DNA of 32,000 nucleotides, from the NCBI GenBank assembly GCA_030016715.1, contig JASEJD010000002.1, forward strand, positions 147,179 through 179,178, written 5' to 3'. Shown piece after piece: positions 7,012-16,631 of this stretch; positions within the stretch are counted from its first letter, which is position 1, and the number at the start of each line of letters is the position of its first letter. The stretch is from Methanobacteriaceae archaeon (lineage in GTDB: Archaea; Methanobacteriota; Methanobacteria; Methanobacteriales; Methanobacteriaceae). Both the position numbers and the translations under genes were made by a program. The notes beneath the pieces were generated by a model. That model did not search any database. It was not told where the DNA came from and saw only the letters and a list, made by a program, of their open reading frames with translations.

Positions 7012-7806
7012 ATTAAAAGACACTCACTATTTGCATTATTACTAGCTTTAGGCATAATAATGTTTGCATTTCCATCCTCTTTGGGAGGATTGGAATCTGA
7101 AAATGCTAATAATGTTATTAGTATAGATAAAAATGATATGCAGAAAATTAATGCATCTACCTATAAAAAGGTATACTATAAGAAGTGGTATAAATCAGGT
7201 GGGCGCTGGAAATATTACTGGAAATATAAATATGTAAAAATATCCAGCACCGTCAAATCTCCAAGTAAAACCTCTAATACTTCTAATTATAAAACTAGTT
7301 CAACTGATTCTAATAAAACAACTACAACAAAATATAAGAAAGTACGCTACAAGCAATATTATAAACAGTGGTATAAATCAAAGGGGCGCTGGAAATATTA
7401 TTTGAAATATCGCTGGGCAATAAAATATGTTAAATTAACATCTAAAACAGCAAGCACCGTAAAAAGCACCGTAAATAACACCCCTGATCCCTCTAACAAA
7501 TATGGAGCACGCGATGTAAAAGTAACAGAAAATTATGTTCAATGTTCTGGCAGATGTACTTGTAGTCTATATGAAGATTATGATTATCACACATCTAAAT
7601 TTGTCAACTATTGTCCTTACTGCCATAAAAAAGGACTACTGGATTATGAAGAAGGAACCGTGGTAAGTAGCAGTGGAAAGGTTTACAATAATCCTGAGGG
7701 TATGTGGGTTTGCAGTACCAAAAAAGGTGGATGTGATGCAGATTTCTGTCTAGTACATGGTAAAGCCCATGTTACTACTGGTGCAAAGTATTTAACCCCG
7801 GCTTGA
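7012..7806 (+). CDS. Secreted paralog 4: signal peptide + two copies of the Trp/Tyr/Lys/Arg module + C-terminal 8-Cys (putative Zn-ribbon-like) domain
   Basis: ORF track gives 7060..7806. The frame is open back to the TAA at 6979 with no ATG, GTG or TTG. It encodes IKRHSLFALLLALGII upstream of the first ATG. Modules lie at nt 7162..7239 (YKKVYYKKWYKSGGRWKYYWKYKYVK) and 7333..7434 (YKKVRYKQYYKQWYKSKGRWKYYLKYRWAIKYVK). The Cys-rich tail runs from about 7501. Confidence 0.85.
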   Translation: MKRHSLFALLLALGIIMFAFPSSLGGLESENANNVISIDKNDMQKINASTYKKVYYKKWYKSGGRWKYYWKYKYVKISSTVKSPSKTSNTSNYKTSSTDSNKTTTTKYKKVRYKQYYKQWYKSKGRWKYYLKYRWAIKYVKLTSKTASTVKSTVNNTPDPSNKYGARDVKVTENYVQCSGRCTCSLYEDYDYHTSKFVNYCPYCHKKGLLDYEEGTVVSSSGKVYNNPEGMWVCSTKKGGCDADFCLVHGKAHVTTGAKYLTPA

Positions 7807-8038
7807 ATAGTATAGGTCGAATCATAATCAACTTAATTTTATTTATTTAGACATTAAACATGGAGGGCTTTCTTTAAAGTAAAATTTCCCATTTTTTTCT
7901 AATTTTATCTTTAATCAAGGATTAATCTAATAATTCAAATAAAGCCTTATTAGTATAGACTTTTATTTTAATCTTTTTTTAAAAAAAGTATTCGAATTAT
8001 ATAAATAATATAAGAATAATTATTAAAGTGGTGTTAAA

Positions 8039-8590
8039 ATGTGGATTTACATAATTATAGGAATCATAATAATAATATTGCTTGCTGCACTGGCTTTTAT
8101 GTACAACAGTCTGGTGGGTTTGCGTAACAGAGTGAAAAATGCATGGTCTCAGATTGATGTTCAACTAAAAAGAAGGACAGACCTGATACCTAATCTGGTT
8201 GAAACGGTAAAAGGATACGCAGCTCATGAAAAAGGCGTTTTTGAAGAAGTAACTAAGGCACGTTCCAATCTTATGAATGCCCAGACAGTTAAAGAAAACG
8301 AGAAAGCTAATAATATGTTAACCGGCGCTCTTAAAAGTCTTTTTGCAGTAGCAGAGAACTATCCTGATTTAAAAGCAAGCCAAAATTTCCAGGATTTACA
8401 ATTGCAATTAGCAGAGACTGAAGATAAAATTGCATATTCTCGCCAGTTCTACAACGACACGGTTTTAATGTACAATAACAAGGTCCAGATGTTTCCAAGC
8501 AACCTGATTGCAAGGATATTTAATTTCACTGAATCAGAATTCTTCGAAACAGAAGAAACTGAGCGATCAGTTCCTAAAGTAGAATTTTAG
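8039..8590 (+). CDS. lemA: LemA family membrane protein
   Basis: An N-terminal TM helix is followed by [40 protein letters not shown] and NYPDLKA...F..LQ..L...E..IA..R..YN. These are hallmark LemA motifs. The SD is GTGGTG, 5 nt upstream. Confidence 0.9.
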   Translation: MWIYIIIGIIIIILLAALAFMYNSLVGLRNRVKNAWSQIDVQLKRRTDLIPNLVETVKGYAAHEKGVFEEVTKARSNLMNAQTVKENEKANNMLTGALKSLFAVAENYPDLKASQNFQDLQLQLAETEDKIAYSRQFYNDTVLMYNNKVQMFPSNLIARIFNFTESEFFETEETERSVPKVEF

Positions 8591-8599
8591 GTGAATAAG

Positions 8600-10459
8600 A
8601 TGAATAAGAAACATTTTATCGCACTTTCCTTTATATTTTTACTTACATTCTCCCTTTTATCTAGCACGGCCGTAGCACAGGATGATGAAGACCGCAGCTA
8701 CACCATTCCCTACGCTAATATAGACCTCTACCTGCAAGAAAACGGTAATTTACATGTAAAAGAAAAGCTTCATTACTCCTTTTCAGGCACATATAATGGA
8801 GTTTATAGGGATATACCACTTAAAACAGGTCAAAGAATAGAAAATATCCAAATAAACACGGATGGAGCTTATTATACTCTTGAAGTTATTGATCAGGGGG
8901 ATATGAAAAGATTAAAAATTTATTTATATTCTAATCCCCAGAAAACAGTGCCAATAACTGATAGGGATGTTGATGTTTATATTGAATATGATTTTATTAA
9001 TGTTATCAAAATCTACAATGATGTTGCCGAACTTCAATACAAACTTTGGGGTGAAAACTGGGAAGTGGATGTAGGTCAAGTAACAACAAATATTCATTTA
9101 AAATCTAATGAAGGAGTTAAATACTGGTTAAATCCCCCATATTTTGTAAAAAATGATAATTGGAATAATAATATTTTAAAAATAGAATCTACTTCTATTT
9201 CTCCAGGGAATTGGTTCGAAGTAAGAATGGCCATACCCAAGGATCAATTTCAAAGTAATCCTGTATTTGCTCAAGTAATTAATAGTGATGGATTACCAGA
9301 TATGGAAAAAATCCAACAGGACTATGAGAACCAATTAAATTTTAAAACAATTTTATACTCAATTTTGTCAGTATTAATGCTTCTTAGTATATTTGCACCG
9401 TTAATTCTCTACTTTAAATTTGGCAAAGAACCTAAAATTAGTTACATGGCAGAATATGAAAGAGATCTTCCAACTGATGATCCGCCTGCCGTGGTTAACG
9501 CCATATCTGGGAAAGGATTTGCCAAGAGAGTTGGCGAACCTGATATGGATGGATTTAGGGCCACCATGATGGATCTTATAAATCGCAAATATATTTTAAT
9601 TCAGAATATTCCTAGGCAAGTGAAAGATAAAGAAGAAACTGGATCTAATAAGTTTTCATCTGTTAAAGAGATGAAAGAAGGATCATTATCCTTAAAAATT
9701 AATGATAAAATGAAAATATCAGAACTAAATGATTTTGAACAAGATGTAATATATTTCCTTCGTAAGTTTTCAGAAAAAGGTGTGGTTAATCTTGAAAAAC
9801 TAAAAAATGATTTAAAAGATAAAAACAGGGCACTATCATTTAAGATTTCATACAATAATTGGAAAGATCATCTTAAGAACCAATTTTTAGATGAATCAAC
9901 CATGGAAAAGATTTTTATTAGAAAAGGGGATAAATATCTCAAGATTTTCGGATTATTAGGCATAATTTTAGCGGGAGTTACATTCTTTTTTACTTTATCA
10001 GATCCCTTACCTGCTGCCAGATATGTTTTGATATCATCAATTGTATTGGGCATAGTGGCCATAATATCAATAATAATGCCTCAAAAAATAGCGGGGCGTT
10101 GGACTGATTATGGAGCAGAATTTGATGCAAAATGGATAAATTTCAAGAAGTATATAATGGACTTCAGCTTAATTAAAGAGTATCCTCCAGAATCTATAGC
10201 TGTGTGGAACAAATATTTGGTATATGCAACTGCACTAGGAATAGCAGATAAAGTTAGAAAATCTATGGAAATGACCCTACCTCGAGATGAACTTGAAAAT
10301 AGTAATCTATATCTTTTCCATTACTATGGAGGTTATATGGTTTTATCCTCAACCTTAGACTCTGGATTGTCCAAAGCCACGAGTGAAGATTCTGATGGCA
10401 TGGGCGGAGTAGGTGGAGTAGGTGGAGGTTCTGGAGGTGGTGGTGGAGGAGCATTTTAA
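8600..10459 (+). CDS. DUF2207-type membrane protein (signal peptide, extracytoplasmic domain, TM helices, Gly-rich C-tail)
   Basis: ORF track starts at GTG 8591, but that GTG is part of the SD AGGTGA (8589..8594). The ATG at 8600 follows after 5 nt. The architecture and the GGVGGVGGGSGGGGGGAF tail are typical of DUF2207 proteins, which commonly follow lemA. Confidence 0.8.
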   Translation: MNKKHFIALSFIFLLTFSLLSSTAVAQDDEDRSYTIPYANIDLYLQENGNLHVKEKLHYSFSGTYNGVYRDIPLKTGQRIENIQINTDGAYYTLEVIDQGDMKRLKIYLYSNPQKTVPITDRDVDVYIEYDFINVIKIYNDVAELQYKLWGENWEVDVGQVTTNIHLKSNEGVKYWLNPPYFVKNDNWNNNILKIESTSISPGNWFEVRMAIPKDQFQSNPVFAQVINSDGLPDMEKIQQDYENQLNFKTILYSILSVLMLLSIFAPLILYFKFGKEPKISYMAEYERDLPTDDPPAVVNAISGKGFAKRVGEPDMDGFRATMMDLINRKYILIQNIPRQVKDKEETGSNKFSSVKEMKEGSLSLKINDKMKISELNDFEQDVIYFLRKFSEKGVVNLEKLKNDLKDKNRALSFKISYNNWKDHLKNQFLDESTMEKIFIRKGDKYLKIFGLLGIILAGVTFFFTLSDPLPAARYVLISSIVLGIVAIISIIMPQKIAGRWTDYGAEFDAKWINFKKYIMDFSLIKEYPPESIAVWNKYLVYATALGIADKVRKSMEMTLPRDELENSNLYLFHYYGGYMVLSSTLDSGLSKATSEDSDGMGGVGGVGGGSGGGGGGAF

Positions 10460-10573
10460 TTAAATCCTCCCTATTCATCCTCATTATTTTTATTTTTTTC
10501 TTAAAAACTACAATTTTTTAAAGTTGATTCTACACTAAATTTTTAAATAAGATCACCACTTACTACTATTAAT

Positions 10574-11926
10574 ATGAGAATAGTATTAGCAGGAACAGGA
10601 AGCGGGGTGGGAAAAACAACAATTTCCACCGGTATTATGAGGGCACTTTCTAAAAAATATAAGGTACAACCATTTAAGGTTGGACCGGACTATATTGATC
10701 CTACTTATCACACCCTAGCAACTGGTAATCCTTCCCGAAATCTGGACACTTTTTTCATGTCTGATGGTCAGATAAGACAATCATTTGAGAGAGGACTAAA
10801 AAATTCCAAATCAAATCTTGGAATAATAGAGGGTGTAAGGGGACTTTATGAGGGATTAAGTCCAATAACTGATGTTGGTAACACAGCATCGGTTGCAAAA
10901 GCTCTTAATTCCCCAGTTATACTTATTTTGAATTCTAGAAGTCTGGTTAAAAGTGCTGCGGCTATTGTTTTAGGATTTAAAACCTTAGATCCCCAAATAA
11001 AAATTCGAGGCGTCATTCTTAACCAAGTAAAAAATAAAAAACATTTTCTTAAAACCAAGGAATCTGTTGAAAAACTTTCTGGAACTGAAGTAATAGGAGG
11101 TTTACCTCGAAGTGATGAAATCTCTGTCGAGCAGCGGCATCTTGGTTTAGTGCCTGCGGTGGAACGGGAAAATATTAAAGGTTACATCGAAAAGTGGGGA
11201 AAAGTAATAGAGGAAAATATAGATCTTGACTGCCTTTTAACAATTATGAAGGAATCTCATAAGATTCCGAAAGGAAGAGAAGATATCTGGTTAAAAGAAA
11301 ATCCTAATAAAGTTAAAATTGGAGTTGCTCTTGATGAAATATTCACCTTTTATTATAAAGAAAATTTAGAGGCTTTGACAGATAATAATGCAGAAATAGT
11401 GCCATTCAGCCCTTATCATGATGAAGAGTTACCTGATGTGGATGCACTTTATTTTGGTGGGGGGTACCCTGAAATATTCTCCACAGAACTGGAGTCAAAC
11501 CAGTCAATGAGAATGTCTGTAAAAAAATTCCATCTAGAGGGAAGACCTATATACGCTGAATGCGGGGGTTTAATGTATCTCACCCGATCCATTAACCATA
11601 AAGAAATGTGTAATGTTTTTAGTTTTGACTCTATAATGACCAAAAAGCCCCAGGCATTGAGTTATGTGATAGCAAAAACAAAAAATGATAATATTATCAC
11701 TAAAAAAGATGAAATATTTCATGGACACGAATTTCACTATTCCAAACTACTATTAAAAGGGAAGAATAGTTTTGCATTTGAAATTCTCCGCGGGAAGGGC
11801 ATAAAAAATTCTTTAGATGGCATAATGAGCAAAAATACTGTGGCCAGCTATGTGCACACTCATGTAGCAGCTTGCCCTCAATTTGCATCTAATTTAGCTA
11901 TTAGTGCATCGGAAATTAGTAACTAA
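10574..11926 (+). CDS. a,c-diamide synthase of the CbiA/CfbB family (cobyrinate or Ni-sirohydrochlorin a,c-diamide synthase)
   Basis: P-loop [10 protein letters not shown], the [11 protein letters not shown] motif and the glutamine-amidotransferase Cys in [10 protein letters not shown] are present. The B12 (CbiA) and F430 (CfbB) paralogs cannot be told apart by eye. Confidence 0.85.
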   Translation: MRIVLAGTGSGVGKTTISTGIMRALSKKYKVQPFKVGPDYIDPTYHTLATGNPSRNLDTFFMSDGQIRQSFERGLKNSKSNLGIIEGVRGLYEGLSPITDVGNTASVAKALNSPVILILNSRSLVKSAAAIVLGFKTLDPQIKIRGVILNQVKNKKHFLKTKESVEKLSGTEVIGGLPRSDEISVEQRHLGLVPAVERENIKGYIEKWGKVIEENIDLDCLLTIMKESHKIPKGREDIWLKENPNKVKIGVALDEIFTFYYKENLEALTDNNAEIVPFSPYHDEELPDVDALYFGGGYPEIFSTELESNQSMRMSVKKFHLEGRPIYAECGGLMYLTRSINHKEMCNVFSFDSIMTKKPQALSYVIAKTKNDNIITKKDEIFHGHEFHYSKLLLKGKNSFAFEILRGKGIKNSLDGIMSKNTVASYVHTHVAACPQFASNLAISASEISN

Positions 11927-11955
11927 ACTCTATTCAATATAATTTCGGTGATTTG

Positions 11956-13095
11956 ATGAAGTTCAAAAATATTGATATCTTTTCTCCTTATATACTTCTT
12001 TTTGGGGTAATTCTTTACTTGTCACTGGCAGTGATCGCCTTAAAATTAAATATTAAAGGGTTAATGCCCTACTCTGTCATGACTTATTATACTGTTTTTT
12101 ATGGAAGTGTTCTATTTTTTATGGGCATCTTATTTGCAATTTTCATTCAGAGATATTTGAAAATAAAACAAAGTAAATTTAATATTAACAGGATAAAAAA
12201 GATAAATCAACACTTATCCTATGAAAAAATAGTTTTAATCTTGGTTCTTATGGGAATATTACTTCAAGTAATTAATATATATTTTATTGGAGGGATACCT
12301 CTTTTTAGCGGTTATCTAAAAGCTAAAGCAGTTACTAAAATCTGGTTTATATCCTATATTATTTTTTTACCTTCAATTAACCTATTGTTAGCTAAATTTA
12401 ACAGAAAATGGTATTATGCACTTTTTTTCGTAGGTTTTGTTCTTTTTGCATTAACCGGGTATCGTACAACAACCATGGCCATATTAATGAGCGTTTTTAT
12501 AACCAGTTATTATGTAATTAATCTAAAATTTAAATATATAGTAATTTTTTCCATATTTATATTAATCAGCGGCCTTGCTCTGGGTTTTATGGCAGTTATG
12601 GCCATTGAATGGCAGCAATGGGCTCTAAATCCATTGGATTTATTTCTTTACCGTGCTGGTTATACCCTTAATGTGTTAGATCGGGTGGTGGAGTTACAAG
12701 GAGCAACTACCGGGTCCTTGTTTTATTATACATTAACTGGATTTTTTGAATCTGCGGATCCTCGAATAATTATAGGGGAAACTGTATTAAAATATCGTGT
12801 ATCCACTACTTCAACTATTTTTGGCCCAGCTTTACTTGATTGGGGCTACATTGCACTTGGGGTGCAGATGTTTTTATTAGGATTTTTCCTTAAATTATTA
12901 CATATTCTACAAAAAATTAAAAAAGGAATTTTTACAGCTTTTTATTCTGTTATATTAGCACATTCACTTATATGGATAGAGACTGGGCCTACAGACTTAG
13001 TAGTATGGATCTTTTTTATTCTCAGCTTATTTTTAATGTTAATTTGTTATGAATTTAATATATACACAGTGAATAAAACTGGGGATTTGAAATGA
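11956..13095 (+). CDS. Polytopic membrane protein, possibly an oligosaccharide repeat-unit (Wzy-like) polymerase
   Basis: About 10 hydrophobic segments. SD GGTGAT (11947..11952) followed by N3 and ATG 11956; the track start at 11953 is the TTG directly abutting the SD. The function is guessed only from topology and the coupled downstream glycosyltransferase-like gene. Confidence 0.6.
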   Translation: MKFKNIDIFSPYILLFGVILYLSLAVIALKLNIKGLMPYSVMTYYTVFYGSVLFFMGILFAIFIQRYLKIKQSKFNINRIKKINQHLSYEKIVLILVLMGILLQVINIYFIGGIPLFSGYLKAKAVTKIWFISYIIFLPSINLLLAKFNRKWYYALFFVGFVLFALTGYRTTTMAILMSVFITSYYVINLKFKYIVIFSIFILISGLALGFMAVMAIEWQQWALNPLDLFLYRAGYTLNVLDRVVELQGATTGSLFYYTLTGFFESADPRIIIGETVLKYRVSTTSTIFGPALLDWGYIALGVQMFLLGFFLKLLHILQKIKKGIFTAFYSVILAHSLIWIETGPTDLVVWIFFILSLFLMLICYEFNIYTVNKTGDLK

Positions 13096-14153
13096 GAATT
13101 GCAATTGCTGCCGAAATTGCTCCTGCTAAATCTTTAATACCTATTATAAAATGTTTAGATGCGGAAATAATAGGATTAACTCATGGAAGTGGCGTTAAAA
13201 ATTTATTAGAACCTTATTGCACGAAAATCCATAGTATAGGGCATGGTCGTAAAAAAGAATATGGAAATAGGTCTAATTTTAAGATAGCTTATCTAGTTCT
13301 ACGGGATATTATGAAAGCTGTCAAGTCTTTGAAGGGTCAAGAAATAGATCTTTTACTTACTTGTGGCAATGCTGGTGATGTAAGAAAAGGGATAGCTGCT
13401 GCCAAAATACTTAAAATACCGACATTGCATATTGAACAAGATATCTATAACCCCATAGAAATGATAGCATTTTCCAATTTGGTAACAGTTCCATCACAGA
13501 AGTATAAGAATTTCCTAGAAGAGAGATATGGCCTTAGTAATGTAAGAGTAATTGGAGGATATCCAATGGCTTCTTATGTTAACATGAAAAAATTGAATTA
13601 TGTTAGCACTATAAAAAATCATGATAATTATCTTTTAGTGGTTTTAGGCGGCGATATAAAAAGTGAAGATCTACCCAAACTCATTGAAATGCTTGAATAT
13701 TTAGATAAAGAAATATTAATAGCTCCTTTTAGATTTAAATCGGGATATGTATCAAATTTTATTAATTCATCTAAACTAAAAGTTTTAGATGGGTATGTAG
13801 ATCTTTTCCCTCTGATGAAGGCATCCTCAGGAATGATATACGGGGCGGGAATGGGTTTAACCATAGAAGCAGGTGTATTGGAAATTCCCTCCATTAAGTT
13901 GGCTGGCTTTCATCATGAACATGCAAGTGTTGATCTGGCCAAGGAATTAAAAATCCCTGTTTTAACTATTGAAGAAATTCCAAAAGCAATTGAAAATCTT
14001 AAAAAACCAAAAGGTCACGATTTGATTAAAAACGGAGAAAAATCAGTTTATAAATTAGTTAAGTTAATAAATAACTTTGATTCTGAAAAAATTAAGACGG
14101 GGGGAGTTACAAGTATGCGGAGGATCTGGGAACAAAGATCAAAATTCAGATGA
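13092..14153 (+). CDS. GT-B fold / MurG-like glycosyltransferase-like protein (family uncertain)
   Basis: The ATG overlaps the upstream stop (ATGA at 13092..13095). LLTCGNAGDVRKGIAAAKILKIPTLHIEQD and GAGMGLTIEAGVLEIPSI resemble the N- and C-lobe motifs of MurG-type transferases. Confidence 0.55.
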   Translation: MRIAIAAEIAPAKSLIPIIKCLDAEIIGLTHGSGVKNLLEPYCTKIHSIGHGRKKEYGNRSNFKIAYLVLRDIMKAVKSLKGQEIDLLLTCGNAGDVRKGIAAAKILKIPTLHIEQDIYNPIEMIAFSNLVTVPSQKYKNFLEERYGLSNVRVIGGYPMASYVNMKKLNYVSTIKNHDNYLLVVLGGDIKSEDLPKLIEMLEYLDKEILIAPFRFKSGYVSNFINSSKLKVLDGYVDLFPLMKASSGMIYGAGMGLTIEAGVLEIPSIKLAGFHHEHASVDLAKELKIPVLTIEEIPKAIENLKKPKGHDLIKNGEKSVYKLVKLINNFDSEKIKTGGVTSMRRIWEQRSKFR

Positions 14154-14417
14154 TTTCTCGTGTTTAAATAATTCAATTAGTTTTTAGTGTAATAAAAAAT
14201 TAGCAACACAATAAATTTTAATTATATTCCTTTAATATACTGTTTAAATTATTTGATGGTTTTAGAATTTCTCAATACCCTCAATTATTCGTTTTTAAAC
14301 TTTATGGTTTGTAAAAAAATTGAATGATCACTCAAATTACCAGTATAAAAACTTAGTCATAACAATAAAATCAAAAAATACTTATTAGATTATTAAAATA
14401 GGTTTTTTGGTGATATA

Positions 14418-15248
14418 ATGGTAGTTAAAATAGGAGTTATAAAATGTGGTAATATCGGTACCTCTCCTGTAATTGACTTATTACTTGATGAGAGGGCTGA
14501 CAGACCTAATATAGACACATGTGTAATTGGTTCTGGAGCTAAGATGAACCCAGAAGAAATCGAAAAAGCAGTACCTTTAATGCTGGATATGGACCGGGAC
14601 TTTGTTATATTCATAAGCCCAAACCCTGGTGCACCAGGACCTGCTAAAGCAAGGGAATTATTAGCTGCCGCAGATGTTCCTGCAATAATTATTGGTGACG
14701 CTCCTGGATTAAGATCTAAAGATGAAATGGATGAACAAGGATTAGGTTACATTATAGTTAAAGCAGATCCTATGATTGGAGCTAGAAGGGAACTCTTAGA
14801 CCCAACTGAAATGGCATCATTCAATTCTGATGTAATTAAAGTATTAGCATTAACCGGAGCTTACCGAGTAGTACAAAACACTATAGATGCAGCAATTGCT
14901 AATGTTGAAGCTGGAAGTGAAATAGAACTTCCAAAAGTTGTTATATCTCGTGACGTTGCAATTGAAGCAGCTGATTTTGCTAACCCATATGCTAAAGCCA
15001 AAGCAATGGCTGCATATGAAATCGCAACCAAAGTTGCTGATATTGACGTTGAAGGTTGTTTCATGGTACAAGATGCTGCAAAATACATACCAATTGTTGC
15101 ATCAGCACACGAAATGATAGCTACAGCAGCTAAACTTGCTACTGAAGCTCGTGAAATAGAAAAAGCCAACGATACTGTAGTTAGAACCCCACACGGTGGA
15201 GACGGTAGCACAGTCTCAAAAGTAGCTTTAATGGACAAACCACAATAA
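14418..15248 (+). CDS. mtd: F420-dependent methylenetetrahydromethanopterin dehydrogenase
   Basis: The N-terminus MVVKIGVIKCGNIGTSPVIDLLLDERADRPNID is essentially the Mtd signature, and the length is 276 aa. SD GGTGAT (14409..14414) is followed by N3 and ATG. Confidence 0.95.
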   Translation: MVVKIGVIKCGNIGTSPVIDLLLDERADRPNIDTCVIGSGAKMNPEEIEKAVPLMLDMDRDFVIFISPNPGAPGPAKARELLAAADVPAIIIGDAPGLRSKDEMDEQGLGYIIVKADPMIGARRELLDPTEMASFNSDVIKVLALTGAYRVVQNTIDAAIANVEAGSEIELPKVVISRDVAIEAADFANPYAKAKAMAAYEIATKVADIDVEGCFMVQDAAKYIPIVASAHEMIATAAKLATEAREIEKANDTVVRTPHGGDGSTVSKVALMDKPQ

Positions 15249-15257
15249 TGATTTGAT

Positions 15258-15296
15258 AGCAGTCCTTTAGACTGCTTCTTTTTTTCTATTTTTTTA
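15258..15296 (+). terminator. Intrinsic-type terminator after mtd
   Basis: A perfect 7-bp stem, AGCAGTC (15258..15264) with GACTGCT (15270..15276), encloses the loop CTTTA. T7 runs follow at 15279..15285 and 15289..15295. Confidence 0.7.
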
Positions 15297-15403
15297 AACC
15301 ATTCTATGAATGAATTTATTATTATTAAAAAGTTCACTTCTAATCTTTACCCATAACTGAATATTTTCATAAAATCTATATTATAAAAAATCATAATTGA
15401 TCC

Positions 15404-16111
15404 ATGGATTTAAAAGAAATAATATCTGACGCCTGGAAATACACCGTCAGTGATTGGACTAAAGTACTCCTTTTAGGGTTAACCTTATTTCTTCTAGATT
15501 TTTCCAATGAAGGCGCAAATTACGGATTAAAAGGTCAAATTTTTGGCACTATATTCTTTATTTCTGGTTCAATACTTACAGTTGTTGAATCCGGATACTT
15601 ATTTCGTATAATAGAAGAAACAATAAAAGGGTCTAAAAATCCACCAAATTTTAATAAATTCAAGGAACTATTGATCCATGGAGTAAAAGATTTAGTAATG
15701 GGATTTTTTTATGCAGCCTTCCCAATAATTATCATTTTATCTGGTTTGATTGTAGCATTTGATAATTCAGATCTTGGTTTTTGGCTAATTATCTTAGGTT
15801 TAATATCAACATTTATATTTTCATTTTTATGGATGGGTGCTGTTTTAAATATGGCTCACAATCATGGAAGTTTGAGAGCAGCCTTCCAATTTAAAATAAT
15901 TTTTAGAAAAATAAGATTAATCGGTTTTAAAAGGTTAAGCCTAATTTATATAGGAATATTCGCAGGATTAGGAATAATTACCATAACATTAAAAGATGAG
16001 TTATCTTCCAATATACCTATTTTTGGAATGTTGATTTTCCAGTTAATTATTGCTCCAATATTATTAATTTTTTCTTTTAGGACTTTAGGCTTAATTGATA
16101 AACCTTCATAA
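15404..16111 (+). CDS. DUF4013-like polytopic membrane protein
   Basis: Several TM segments are present. The loop ESGYLFRIIEETIKGSKNPPNFNKFKELLIHGVKD matches the DUF4013 pattern as I recall it. Confidence 0.6.
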   Translation: MDLKEIISDAWKYTVSDWTKVLLLGLTLFLLDFSNEGANYGLKGQIFGTIFFISGSILTVVESGYLFRIIEETIKGSKNPPNFNKFKELLIHGVKDLVMGFFYAAFPIIIILSGLIVAFDNSDLGFWLIILGLISTFIFSFLWMGAVLNMAHNHGSLRAAFQFKIIFRKIRLIGFKRLSLIYIGIFAGLGIITITLKDELSSNIPIFGMLIFQLIIAPILLIFSFRTLGLIDKPS

Positions 16112-16121
16112 TAAAATTTTT

Positions 16122-16589
16122 TTATTGAAATAATTCACTAAACTCTTCCAACATATCTTTCCATGAGCCACTTTTTAGTTCATTTTTACCCAGTTTCAAC
16201 TTTCCAATAAATTGCATACCTACTTCTTCGAGTGCAGTTTTTATCTGTTCGGTTGCAATTTCATTTCCATTACCACCCATAGTTACCAGCGCCGCGCACT
16301 TTTTACCCGCCGTATTCTGGACTTTAGATAAATATTCTAGGATTCCTGAAGGAGCACGTCCAGCCCAAATCGGACCACAAACAATGAGACAATCATAATC
16401 ACTAATATCAGTCTCACAATCTTTAATAGGAACTTTTTTTTCTAAATAGGCATGAACTGCTTTTATAACATACCAACGTTCTTTGATAGGCTCGATACGG
16501 GTAAAATCTGCATTAATCTGTTTTTCTAATTCTTTGGCCACGGTTAACGTATTTCCAGTAAATGAATAACAAGCTATTAGTGTTTTCAT
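16122..16589 (-). CDS. Flavodoxin family protein
   Basis: MKTLIACYSFTGNT is an FMN phosphate-binding loop, and the length is 155 aa. The SD is GAGGAA. Confidence 0.8.
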   Translation of the reverse strand: MKTLIACYSFTGNTLTVAKELEKQINADFTRIEPIKERWYVIKAVHAYLEKKVPIKDCETDISDYDCLIVCGPIWAGRAPSGILEYLSKVQNTAGKKCAALVTMGGNGNEIATEQIKTALEEVGMQFIGKLKLGKNELKSGSWKDMLEEFSELFQ

Positions 16590-16631
16590 AATTATTCCTC
16601 GTTTGGTTTCAGTATATACTATTTATTATAA

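Noticed and set aside
1-7806. Paralog cluster as a mobile element or prophage remnant
   Set aside because: No integrase, transposase, terminal inverted repeats or phage structural genes are visible. The repeated DNA is confined to promoter, leader and coding homologies, as expected from tandem gene duplication.
10381-10459. Gly-rich tail and 9-nt tandem repeat of the DUF2207 gene as a contingency locus
   Set aside because: Gly-rich C-terminal tails are, as I recall, a usual feature of this family. There are only two repeat units, and in-frame slippage would merely alter tail length.
14861-15337. 158-aa ORF antisense to mtd
   Set aside because: It lies almost entirely within the strongly recognisable mtd gene on the opposite strand. 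Its Ala/Ser-rich composition is typical of a shadow frame of an Ala-rich gene. It has no SD and no recognisable motifs.
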